Of a stretch of DNA of 64,000 bases, positions 34,171 to 42,604 are shown one piece after another. Made by a program: the position numbers and the translations under genes. Source of the DNA: Brevinematales bacterium. GTDB lineage: Bacteria; Spirochaetota; Brevinematia; Brevinematales; GWF1-51-8. Within the stretch, counting starts at the first letter, position 1. Every line of letters begins with the position of its first letter. The notes below the pieces were generated by a model that searched no databases, was not told the DNA's origin, and worked only from the letters and a program-made list of their open reading frames with translations. The stretch is from positions 2,913-66,912 of the forward strand of contig JAGVBZ010000025.1 of assembly GCA_020059465.1 (NCBI GenBank). Reading direction: 5' to 3'.

Positions 34171-36428
34171 AAATCCGTTACCTGCTTTCTCTGCTGATAT
34201 TCATTGCGGGACTCGCGTACAGTCAATCCGATCCCGGCGGCTACGACAAGGCTCTCGAATGGTATAACAAGAAGCACTATGTCAAATCGGTCGAAATACT
34301 CAAGGAGTATATGGACAATTTCCCTCTCGACCCCCGCGCGCCCGAACTGCTGGAAAAGATGTATGAGAAGTACACAGAGTTCCAGATCGTCTATCTGCAG
34401 GGCAAGGAATTTTATAATAAAAAACTCTACCTGAAAACGATCGAGGAGTTTTCCAACGCGCTGAAAGTGGGTTTCAGCGATAAACTACAGTTCTACCTGA
34501 CCGAATGTATCCGCACCGTATTCGAGCTTGAGAACGGGTTTGTGCCGAGCACGGTCGCCGAGACCGCCGAGAGCCTGACCATCTCGTGGAATAGCGATCT
34601 CCTGACCAACGCCCGCGTCGTATTCGTGAAAAGCGAAAATATCCCGCTTCTCAATATGATCCATTACCTCAACGAGAACAAGATACCCGTCGCGCGGCTG
34701 GAAAAATATTTCACGCAGGGGAATATATTTAAATCGTTCACGGTGAACGGAACCAGCGTAACCGTCTCGAAAAATCAGCCCGCCGAATCCTTTCTCGTTA
34801 TCGTCTACCCCAAGACCGTGGAGGACGTCCGTTCCCAGCCCATCATCCGCATGGTAGTCACCAAGGAGCCGTCGATCCAGAATAAATTTCTCATGCTCGA
34901 ACCGATCCGCGATATCCCGCTCCTGCCGCTGTATACCAATATCCATATCATCATACCCGGCCAGCCCGAACATACGACCACCAATGTGACCGGTATTCTG
35001 ACGAAATACAGCAACCTGATCATCAGCCTGAATACAAACTCGATAACCAACCTGACTAACGGCAGTCTGACTAACGCCTACCTCAATGCCAGCGGGATTA
35101 AAACCGTTAACGGATGGGGCGCTTTCCCATGGTGGCTGCTGATTATCCTGCTACTGATTATCCTGCTTGTCCTGACGGGTTTAATTCTCCGGGAGAAACG
35201 GCGGCGGGAACTTGCAGGAAAAATCGAACAATGGAAAATGGAGAACGAGTACGATCTCACGGATGACGGCGCGGAGAAGAAATCCCCCGTGTTCAAGAAA
35301 AAGCCTGCGCCGAAAAAGAGCGCCCAACAGTTGAAAAAGCCCCTGCAGCAGGAAAAAAAGCCCGTACAGAAGAAAAGTTCGCCATCCGGAAAGAAATCCG
35401 CACCTGCCAAGCCGAAGCCCAAATCGGGTAACGCCCCGTCGCGCCCGAAGGGGAAGAAACTCCCCGCGGTCATTGTGCTTATTCTCAGCGGGGTAATCGC
35501 CGTATCCGCGCAGGAATTCACCGACGCCCCGGGATGGCGGGATTACGCGCAGAAGTCGCTCGCTCCAGTTGTATGGAATTATTATGTCGAACACGCCGGG
35601 ATTACCAACCTCCCGCAGTCCTACTATGACAACATCGCAAAATTCTACTCGTTTGAGAAAAGCGCACACCTGCCCCAGCATTACCTGAAAACCCTCGATT
35701 TCCTCCGCGAAACCGCGAATTATCTCCGAAATATATCGTCGGTCTATTTCAGGAATTTCGATTACGAGAATTACGCCCTGACATCGTTCATGGTGTATTA
35801 TATCGATAAGGATTATTCGTTTTTCTCGCAGTCCATCTCGGAACTGAAAAAAGCCAAGACGGAAGCGATAGCGGATAAGATATTACAGAAGAGCATCGAG
35901 TTTGAAAAAAAGGGGCTGTACCTCGGCGCAATTGTCCGAATCACCGGATATATGTCGTTATCGGCGAATATACAGCCCGATCTTTTTCAGCGCCTGAACG
36001 ACCTCTACGCGAAGAATAAAAAGGAAATATCGCAGTACGAGTACTTATCCGCGACCGCGCGGATCAATAAAATCCTTTATGACGGCGAAATCCCGGCGGT
36101 AATCAAGGATATCCTCTGTCTGAGGGAAACATTCGAATACGAGGCGCAGTTCGGTCCGTTGGAATCGTTCAGTTTGTTAAGGAAGGATGCGGTCGAATTC
36201 CTGCGTCTGAACTACCGGATTCTGCTTTACAACGACCTGCTCACCGAAGGATATAAATGCTACCTGAACTGTCAGCTTCAGCCCGCGAAGGAATGCTTCG
36301 AACTGGCGTGGCATATCGCCCCGAAGAAGGAATTGCTGCCTTCCATCGGAAGCAATATCGCGATGGTCAAGGGCGCGATGAGCGGAAAGGGAGTGCATAT
36401 CTATATCACCAACGCGCTTATTCCCTGA
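34167..36428 (+). CDS. Bitopic envelope protein: TPR/FN3-like N-half, TM, Lys/Pro-rich loop, second TM, unknown C-half
   Basis: ATGA overlap with the barrel gene, and a signal peptide. TPR-like YDKALEWYNKKHY; LTISWNSD (FN3-like); TM WWLLIILLLIILLVLTGLIL; KKPAPKKSAQQLKKP...PKPKSG; second hydrophobic segment LPAVIVLILSGVIAVSA-QE. Confidence 0.65.
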   Translation: MKIRYLLSLLIFIAGLAYSQSDPGGYDKALEWYNKKHYVKSVEILKEYMDNFPLDPRAPELLEKMYEKYTEFQIVYLQGKEFYNKKLYLKTIEEFSNALKVGFSDKLQFYLTECIRTVFELENGFVPSTVAETAESLTISWNSDLLTNARVVFVKSENIPLLNMIHYLNENKIPVARLEKYFTQGNIFKSFTVNGTSVTVSKNQPAESFLVIVYPKTVEDVRSQPIIRMVVTKEPSIQNKFLMLEPIRDIPLLPLYTNIHIIIPGQPEHTTTNVTGILTKYSNLIISLNTNSITNLTNGSLTNAYLNASGIKTVNGWGAFPWWLLIILLLIILLVLTGLILREKRRRELAGKIEQWKMENEYDLTDDGAEKKSPVFKKKPAPKKSAQQLKKPLQQEKKPVQKKSSPSGKKSAPAKPKPKSGNAPSRPKGKKLPAVIVLILSGVIAVSAQEFTDAPGWRDYAQKSLAPVVWNYYVEHAGITNLPQSYYDNIAKFYSFEKSAHLPQHYLKTLDFLRETANYLRNISSVYFRNFDYENYALTSFMVYYIDKDYSFFSQSISELKKAKTEAIADKILQKSIEFEKKGLYLGAIVRITGYMSLSANIQPDLFQRLNDLYAKNKKEISQYEYLSATARINKILYDGEIPAVIKDILCLRETFEYEAQFGPLESFSLLRKDAVEFLRLNYRILLYNDLLTEGYKCYLNCQLQPAKECFELAWHIAPKKELLPSIGSNIAMVKGAMSGKGVHIYITNALIP

Positions 36429-36430
36429 TA

Positions 36431-36637
36431 TCATCCCTCCTTCATAACATAGTTCACCACAAAATGGGTCGCGAGCACCTTATCGTTCAAGAGGACTTTT
36501 TTCATATCGTCCCGCGAGATAAACACGTCTTTTGTGGAGGTGTCTTTTATAAAAAGGTCGATCACCTTCTCATATTTCGGCAAATCGATCCATCCCGGTA
36601 AATCGTTCAATAAATCGGCTAATTTCATTAAATCCAT
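36431..36637 (-). CDS. Hypothetical small protein (68 aa)
   Basis: ORF convergent on the 753-aa gene and divergent from the paralog array. No motif recognised, so coding status is uncertain. Confidence 0.35.
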   Translation of the reverse strand: MDLMKLADLLNDLPGWIDLPKYEKVIDLFIKDTSTKDVFISRDDMKKVLLNDKVLATHFVVNYVMKEG

Positions 36638-36681
36638 GTTACTTCCCTCCTAAAAATCCGTAAATTTCTCTATGTATTATC

Positions 36682-36709
36682 TTGAATTTTTTAAATTTTC
36701 CACTATAAT
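36682..36709 (+). promoter_or_regulatory. Sigma70-type promoter of the first DcrB-like paralog
   Basis: TTGAAT (36682-36687), 16 nt, TATAAT (36704-36709). AAGGAG precedes ATG 36739. Confidence 0.55.
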
Positions 36710-36738
36710 ATGCAAAGAATTATTTTAAGGAGTTTTCT

Positions 36739-37302
36739 ATGAAAAGACACGTTATTGCAGTATTAGCACTGGTTGGGTTAGTTTTAGCAGGGTGTGGTTC
36801 ACAGGATAAGGCCGCTGAAAAGAGCGGCGGTGCTGTCGAAGGGAAGGCCGGGAATATAGCCTCCGTTAAAAAGGGCGGAACGCAAACTTATGCGAACATT
36901 TCGATAACTGTTCCAGCTGATTGGGAAGTCAGCGAAGAAGAGAACCTTGTTCGTGTTTACAGCCCCGGCGATACAGTTCTTCTTCAGATCGAGGAATTTT
37001 CCTCAGAGTCATGGAAAGATTATGTAGCAAAGGCTGAGAAAAAAATGACCGAATACCTGAAGAACGATTTGGGCTCCGAATACAAAGTCAGTAAGAAAGG
37101 CGAAGAGAAGATAAACGGTATCAATACCTATTACTTCAATTATTCCTATGAAGATCCCGACTACGGCAAGGCGATATGCTATACTTATGCTGTAGAAACC
37201 GGCAAAGGGATAACCATGCTCACATTCGATGTACTCGAAGAAGGCCTCAACGATTATAAGAAAGCTATGGGCGACATCAAAGCAAGTTTAGCGGTAAAAT
37301 AA
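36739..37302 (+). CDS. DcrB/PsbP-fold-like (DUF1795-type) lipoprotein, single-domain paralog
   Basis: Perfect lipobox LAGC. Domain motifs are ISITVPADWEV, YSPGD, INGINTYYF, YGKAICYTYAVETGKGITMLTFDVLEEG and DIKASL. The architecture parallels E. coli DcrB by hand comparison. Confidence 0.65.
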   Translation: MKRHVIAVLALVGLVLAGCGSQDKAAEKSGGAVEGKAGNIASVKKGGTQTYANISITVPADWEVSEEENLVRVYSPGDTVLLQIEEFSSESWKDYVAKAEKKMTEYLKNDLGSEYKVSKKGEEKINGINTYYFNYSYEDPDYGKAICYTYAVETGKGITMLTFDVLEEGLNDYKKAMGDIKASLAVK

Positions 37303-37345
37303 GAATAATAATCAAGCATAACATTTCATAACCCGGGAGGTTGTG

Positions 37346-40300
37346 ATGAAGATATTTTTTACAGTACTTGTAACAGTTTTATGCGCTTTGAACGGCGGTT
37401 TTGCCGAAAGGATACGCGCGGTTTCACAATGCGGCTTCTCGAAAGAACCCGTGTACGATATGCGTGATTTTTCCTGTATACCTATGGCTAAAACAGACAG
37501 CGCGGAATCGATGAATAAATATACGGTTTCCGGGGCGCATATCGAATTATCTTTTCCCGGCGACTGGCAGGTGAACGCGCAGAAAAACACACTGAGCGCT
37601 TACTCTCCCGGGGATATTGTCCTGTTTTATGTTGATCCGTTCGAACTCGGCCAAGGTAAAGACCTGAAGTCCTCGATGAAAAGTTATATCGAGCAGGAAT
37701 ACGCCGGAGACGCGCTTGAAATCGGGAATTTCAGCGCAGTGACGGTGGGCGAGTTCAAAGCCAACTCATGGACATTCTCTTATGTTGACGGCGAGTACGG
37801 AAAGGCGTCGGTCATGCTGATAGTCATCGAGACTAAAAAAGGAATGGCCATGCTGACTGTCGATATGCTGGAGGATGGGAAAAAAGAGTACCAGCCGCTT
37901 ATCGATAAGATCCTCGCGACTGTAAAGTATTCCGAGGGTTCCGCTGATGTGGAAGTCGACGGTAAAATGTATACCCATGCCAAATCAGGACTGAAAGTCT
38001 GGATACCCGCATCATGGGATACCCTGAACGACGTCAACCGTCTCGATTCATATTCCGACGGAGACGTCGCGCTGATTATCGTTGAAAAACTTTCGGATAA
38101 GTCTTGGAAGGATTTCAGTAAAAAAGCGTACGATACTTTGAATGACTATATCGCGGACGATATCGGCGACGATTTTGAAGTAAAATCCAAGGGCGAGACC
38201 GAAATCAACGGGATGAAAGCCTACAAGATCGAATACGAGTATATCGACGGAAGCTACGGGAAGGCGATCTCGATGTCTGTCGCTCTCGAAACAGAGAAGG
38301 GTATCGCGGTATTCACCTACGATATCCTCGAGGATGGGCTAGACGAGTACCTGCCGATAGCCAAAAAGATGGTTGCCAGCCTCGTTCAGGCGTCTCAAGA
38401 GACCGACGGGGGCCAAACGAAACCCCTCGATTCCGCCGCTCAGAATTATGTCGTAAAAGGCACATACCTCGAACTGAATATCCCTACCGATTGGCAGGTG
38501 GATAATTACTCGGGCAAACTCTCCGGGTACTCACCGAACGATACGGTACTTCTGTATGTCGAGAGGATGAACGATAAATCGTTCGGCGATTATCAGTCGA
38601 AGGATGAATTAAAGACCGATCTGGAAAAATTCGCAAAGGGCGAGTATAGCTATAAACTCACATTCGGTAAAATAAAGGATACGAAAGTCGGCGGCATGTC
38701 CGCTGTTTCTATGCCGTTTACCTATCATGACGATTCCTACGGCGATATTTCCTGCGAGTACTACGGTATCGATACCGGAAAGGGTATTTCTACCATTATT
38801 TTTGATACTCTCGAAGAGGGCGGAAGCGAATATGAGCAGATCAACGCCGGCATACTCGCAAGCGTCAAATTCAACGACTCCGGTCCGGGCGAGACAGTCG
38901 AGCCTGATGCCGAGAAATCGGGAACCAAGCTCTATGTGGCTGGGTCATCCTGTATCGAACTGAAAATCCCGGCAAACTGGGACGTGGATAACTCGCCGAA
39001 TAAACTTTCGGGATATTCTCCCAACGATACGGTTCTGTTATACGTCGAGCCGATGAATAATAAATCGTTCGACGATTATAAAAGTGAACAGGAGTTTCTC
39101 GACGACTTCAAGAGTTTCGCGAAAAACGCCTACAGCTATGATCTGACATTCGGTAAAGCGGAGCAGACTGAAGTAGGCGGGATGGACGCCGTATCGCTGC
39201 CGTTCAGCTACTATGACGAATCCTACGGCGATATCCACTGTCAGTACTACGCTATCGATACCGGAAAAGGTATCGCCACTATCATCTTCGATACGCTGGA
39301 TGATGGCGGAAGCGAATACGAGCAGATCAACGCGGATATTCTTGCAAGCGTCAAATTCAATGACTCCGAGTATTCCGACAGCGGGAACGTAACAGTGGAT
39401 TCTACCCCGGGCGAGTATAAGCATGCTAAGTCTCATCTGATGCTGACTATCCCCAAGGATTGGTCGACATCCGCGTACGATTCCGACTTGAGTTCCTATT
39501 CGCCGAATTCGTCGATTATTCTGTATATGCTTCCCCTGAACAACAAGGCGTTGAAGGACTATAAGAAAAACGCCGATCTCCTGAAGGAAGTGGACAAGGC
39601 GCTGAAAGACCGTTACTATTCAAGTATGGACTATAAGCTTCAGGACAAGGGTAAGGAAAAAGTCGGCGGAATGGATGCGATGAAGTTCTTTATGACCTAC
39701 TCCGATTCGACGTTCGGCGAGATCGATGTCACCGTACATGCAATCGACACCGGTAAGGGTATCACTCTGGTCATTTTCGACGGTATCCGTAAAGAGGCGG
39801 AACCCTATCAGGAAGCGATTGCCGGGATTTTAGCAAGCATCAAGTTCTACGACGAAAAAGCGGCGCCTGTCGCGGACGATACATCGATCGATGTCAATAA
39901 ACTTTCCGGCAAGTATTATCAGGTCAAAGCATCGCGGTTAAAAATCTGGATACCCAATGATTTCGATGTGTACAGCGAACAGTCGGGGTCGACTCAGTAT
40001 GATTACCAGTTCTACACCGGTTCGCGCGACGGCGCGGTCATTCTGAAAATCTACACTTATCAGGACGATTATCTCAACATTCAATCGCTTGACAGTAAAA
40101 CCGTACTGATCGATTTCCTGAAGAATGCCGGGTTTGATACGCTTGTCGTCAAAGGGGCGAAAACCGCTAAGTTTAACGGGAAGGACTCTTTGATCATCGA
40201 CTTCACTTATATGGTGGATCAGAACCTGACTGCTGTTTGCCGCGCGGTTGCAATCGATACCGATAACGGGATCAGCGTCTATGTTGAAGATATACTTCAG

Positions 40301-40402
40301 CCCGATCTGAAGAAGTATAAAGATGTCATGGGCAAGATTTCCGGGTCTGTCGAAGTGATCCGTGTTCTGTATGACGGTACCCAGCACCCGTGGGCGAAAT
40401 AA
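37346..40402 (+). CDS. Secreted protein with six tandem DcrB/PsbP-like domains (1018-1019 aa)
   Basis: ATG 37346 follows GGGAGG, while the track uses GTG 37343. Six units of about 150-160 aa each carry hxhxhPxxW, YSP(G/N)D, (I/V)(N/G)GM, YG(K/D)(A/I), (E/D)TGKGI, FDxLE(E/D)G and ILAS(V/I)K. Confidence 0.8.
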   Translation: MKIFFTVLVTVLCALNGGFAERIRAVSQCGFSKEPVYDMRDFSCIPMAKTDSAESMNKYTVSGAHIELSFPGDWQVNAQKNTLSAYSPGDIVLFYVDPFELGQGKDLKSSMKSYIEQEYAGDALEIGNFSAVTVGEFKANSWTFSYVDGEYGKASVMLIVIETKKGMAMLTVDMLEDGKKEYQPLIDKILATVKYSEGSADVEVDGKMYTHAKSGLKVWIPASWDTLNDVNRLDSYSDGDVALIIVEKLSDKSWKDFSKKAYDTLNDYIADDIGDDFEVKSKGETEINGMKAYKIEYEYIDGSYGKAISMSVALETEKGIAVFTYDILEDGLDEYLPIAKKMVASLVQASQETDGGQTKPLDSAAQNYVVKGTYLELNIPTDWQVDNYSGKLSGYSPNDTVLLYVERMNDKSFGDYQSKDELKTDLEKFAKGEYSYKLTFGKIKDTKVGGMSAVSMPFTYHDDSYGDISCEYYGIDTGKGISTIIFDTLEEGGSEYEQINAGILASVKFNDSGPGETVEPDAEKSGTKLYVAGSSCIELKIPANWDVDNSPNKLSGYSPNDTVLLYVEPMNNKSFDDYKSEQEFLDDFKSFAKNAYSYDLTFGKAEQTEVGGMDAVSLPFSYYDESYGDIHCQYYAIDTGKGIATIIFDTLDDGGSEYEQINADILASVKFNDSEYSDSGNVTVDSTPGEYKHAKSHLMLTIPKDWSTSAYDSDLSSYSPNSSIILYMLPLNNKALKDYKKNADLLKEVDKALKDRYYSSMDYKLQDKGKEKVGGMDAMKFFMTYSDSTFGEIDVTVHAIDTGKGITLVIFDGIRKEAEPYQEAIAGILASIKFYDEKAAPVADDTSIDVNKLSGKYYQVKASRLKIWIPNDFDVYSEQSGSTQYDYQFYTGSRDGAVILKIYTYQDDYLNIQSLDSKTVLIDFLKNAGFDTLVVKGAKTAKFNGKDSLIIDFTYMVDQNLTAVCRAVAIDTDNGISVYVEDILQPDLKKYKDVMGKISGSVEVIRVLYDGTQHPWAK
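38444..39366 (+). repeat. Internal tandem duplication (domain copies 3 and 4, period about 486 nt)
   Basis: Copy 3 spans 38444-38880 and copy 4 spans 38927-39366. They share long nucleotide runs, e.g. GGCGGAAGCGAATA(T/C)GAGCAGATCAACGC and GCAAGCGTCAAATTCAA(C/T)GACTCC. Protein identity is roughly 70% by eye. Confidence 0.8.
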
Positions 40403-40480
40403 ATATTTTCATGAACAGTTGAATTTTTTATGGATAGATGATACATTAATGTATACAAACTTAACTCCAAGGAGACCGAT

Positions 40481-40978
40481 ATGAAAAGAGTACTTTTGGG
40501 TGTTTTAGCTTTAGTTGTTTTCGCAACCGTAGGCGCTTTTGCAAAATTGTATAAGTTCAAATCCGGCAATTTGCAGGTTGATATCCCTTCCGATTGGGAA
40601 GTCGAAAATACCTCAGGTAAGCTTTCTGCCTATTCCCCCGGCGATGTGGCTTTGTTCTTCATCGAAGAATTTTCCGAAGCCGCGGATGCGGATGACGAGG
40701 ATGCAGGAAAGCAGTTGATCCTCGATTATATCACCGCCGATATCGGCAGCGATTATGAAACCGGCGAAACCGGCTTCGAGACCGTGAACGGACTGGATAT
40801 CTATTATGTCGATTATACCTATGATGACGAGAGCTACGGCACCGCGATCTGCACCACCTTTGTGATAATGGCGGGCGACAGCTATTCTATCGTAACCATC
40901 GACGTGCTGGAAGACGGCTACGATGATTATGAAAAAGTCATGGATAAAATTGTCGGCAGCCTCAAAAAGATAAAATAA
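40481..40978 (+). CDS. DcrB/PsbP-like secreted paralog, single domain
   Basis: Signal peptide ending AFA-K, then LQVDIPSDWEV, YSPGD, VNGLDIYYVDYTYDDESYGTAICTTF and VLEDGYDDYEKVMDKIVGSLKK. Confidence 0.7.
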   Translation: MKRVLLGVLALVVFATVGAFAKLYKFKSGNLQVDIPSDWEVENTSGKLSAYSPGDVALFFIEEFSEAADADDEDAGKQLILDYITADIGSDYETGETGFETVNGLDIYYVDYTYDDESYGTAICTTFVIMAGDSYSIVTIDVLEDGYDDYEKVMDKIVGSLKKIK

Positions 40979-40994
40979 TTACTCGAACATGTAT

Positions 40995-41026
40995 CCGGGG
41001 AACGGTTATGCCGTTCCCCTTTTTTC
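40995..41026 (+). terminator. Rho-independent terminator
   Basis: GGGGAACGG-TTATG-CCGTTCCCC followed by TTTTTT. Confidence 0.75.
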
Positions 41027-41068
41027 ATGTTTACCGGATAAAATTTCAGTACCTGACAGGACGACAAT

Positions 41069-41428
41069 ATGAAACGGTTCGTATTCGGGATATTTGCGAT
41101 ACTGCTCTATATCGGAGGATTTCACCAAGCCGGATATGCCAAGAATGCGGATGAAAGGAAGCAATATGTCATTAAGTATATCATTCGCAATCGCGGGGAT
41201 AAAAATGAATCGGGAGATTCCGGTACAGAAATGATTAACGGGATGGATACATATCACCTGAAATACTTCTATAAAGAAGATTCCTGCGGAACCGCTCTCT
41301 GCACTGCCATTGTAGTAAATGCGGGAGGTATCTTTTCCATTGTTACTGTCGATGTTGTGGAGAGCGCTTATCCCGAATATAAGGATATTATTGCGGGCAT
41401 TGTCAATCGCCTTAAGAAGATTCAATAA
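41069..41428 (+). CDS. Truncated DcrB/PsbP-like paralog (C-terminal half of the domain only)
   Basis: 119 aa: a signal peptide, then directly the INGMDTYHLKYFY...GTALCTAIVVNAGGIFSIVTVDVVESAYPEYKDIIAGIVNRLKK half. The hPxxW strand and the YSPGD motif are absent. Possibly a decaying copy. Confidence 0.5.
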   Translation: MKRFVFGIFAILLYIGGFHQAGYAKNADERKQYVIKYIIRNRGDKNESGDSGTEMINGMDTYHLKYFYKEDSCGTALCTAIVVNAGGIFSIVTVDVVESAYPEYKDIIAGIVNRLKKIQ

Positions 41429-41551
41429 ACATATTTTAGGGATGGGATATTTCCAACAGATTTTCCTTAAGGCCGCCTCTATTACCCTAAAGAAAATCTT
41501 CGACGTTACCGAATTATTTATAGGATCTAATAAAAACTATTGGGGGACATC

Positions 41552-42064
41552 ATGCGTGTTTTTTTCAGTGTTATACTTTTTTCCGTTTTTATCCTATTCG
41601 CGGGATGTTCTACTCCTCAGGCGGTCAAGCTGAAAGACGCCGGGATCAGTATCTCGTTCCCGTCAGACGACTGGAAAGTCGAGAAGCAGGGCGGGCGCGA
41701 ACTGATCGCGGCATTAGGCGGGACTGAAATCAATCTTTACATCTCGCCGCTCGATGAAAACTCGCTTGAAATGATAAACCTCGATCTCGCCATAAAACAG
41801 ACCGTATATTCAATCACCAATGCCCTGATGGCCGCCACGCTTACACCGAAAGAACCGCTGACTGTCAACGGGATAGACTTCTATCAGATCGAGTTCACCG
41901 GACAGACGAAAGGGACTCCTACGGTATATCTCGCGGGACGCGCTATGGTGCTTCGTACGTCGCGCGGGTATTTTTCGCTGATCTTCATCGGCCCTGTCGA
42001 GGAATACCGGCAGTTCGAAAGCCAGCTCCCGTCTATCATCAAAACCGTCAAACTCATCGATTGA
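41552..42064 (+). CDS. Divergent DcrB/PsbP-like lipoprotein paralog
   Basis: ATG 41552 is preceded by TGGGGGA, while the track uses TTG 41540. Lipobox LFAGC. Motifs ISISFPSDDWKV, VNGIDFYQIEF and YFSLIFIGPVEEY. Confidence 0.65.
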   Translation: MRVFFSVILFSVFILFAGCSTPQAVKLKDAGISISFPSDDWKVEKQGGRELIAALGGTEINLYISPLDENSLEMINLDLAIKQTVYSITNALMAATLTPKEPLTVNGIDFYQIEFTGQTKGTPTVYLAGRAMVLRTSRGYFSLIFIGPVEEYRQFESQLPSIIKTVKLID

Positions 42065-42073
42065 GCCCGTCGG

Positions 42074-42604
42074 ATGAAAATGAATCAAATACCCGGAAAT
42101 CGGTATCGGTGTCTATTTATACTTCTATTGCTGGGGTTATGTTTACCGTCGACAGGCTATGTAAAAACAGTATATTATGAGGCGGGCGGTCTGTCAATCG
42201 ACCTACCGCAGGGCTGGAAGGCAAACCCTGCCGGACATATCCTGCTCTGCGAACCGCAGAAGAATAACGTCCTCCTAACCCTCGAAACGCTTTCTTCCAA
42301 CGGGTTCGGTACAAATCAGTCCGCCCAGTACAAGCTGCTGGAATGGTATTTCCGGCAGACGCTTTCGATCGAATTCCTCGCGGACGATTATTACGAAGAG
42401 GAGGCGGGAGGATGGTATGGGTTCGCGATGACCGGGTCGTATGTGCAGAAGAACGGGAAAACCAGTTTGGGTTACTGCGGGATTCTCGGGATAAAAGAGG
42501 GCATACTTGCGATCACGCTCACAGGCTCGTTCAGCGGTCCCGTCGAATTCCATCAACTCCTGACCCGTCTGCTGAGCGGTCTCCAGCCCGTCACTGACCG
42601 TTAG
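42074..42604 (+). CDS. Divergent DcrB/PsbP-like lipoprotein paralog
   Basis: Hydrophobic leader with Cys (LLGLC), then LSIDLPQGWKA and GILAITLTGSF. Domain length and order match its neighbours. Confidence 0.55.
   Translation: MKMNQIPGNRYRCLFILLLLGLCLPSTGYVKTVYYEAGGLSIDLPQGWKANPAGHILLCEPQKNNVLLTLETLSSNGFGTNQSAQYKLLEWYFRQTLSIEFLADDYYEEEAGGWYGFAMTGSYVQKNGKTSLGYCGILGIKEGILAITLTGSFSGPVEFHQLLTRLLSGLQPVTDR

Noticed and set aside
41006-41425. 139-aa - strand ORF
   Set aside because: It is antisense to the truncated paralog gene, whose sense-frame product clearly matches the neighbouring family.
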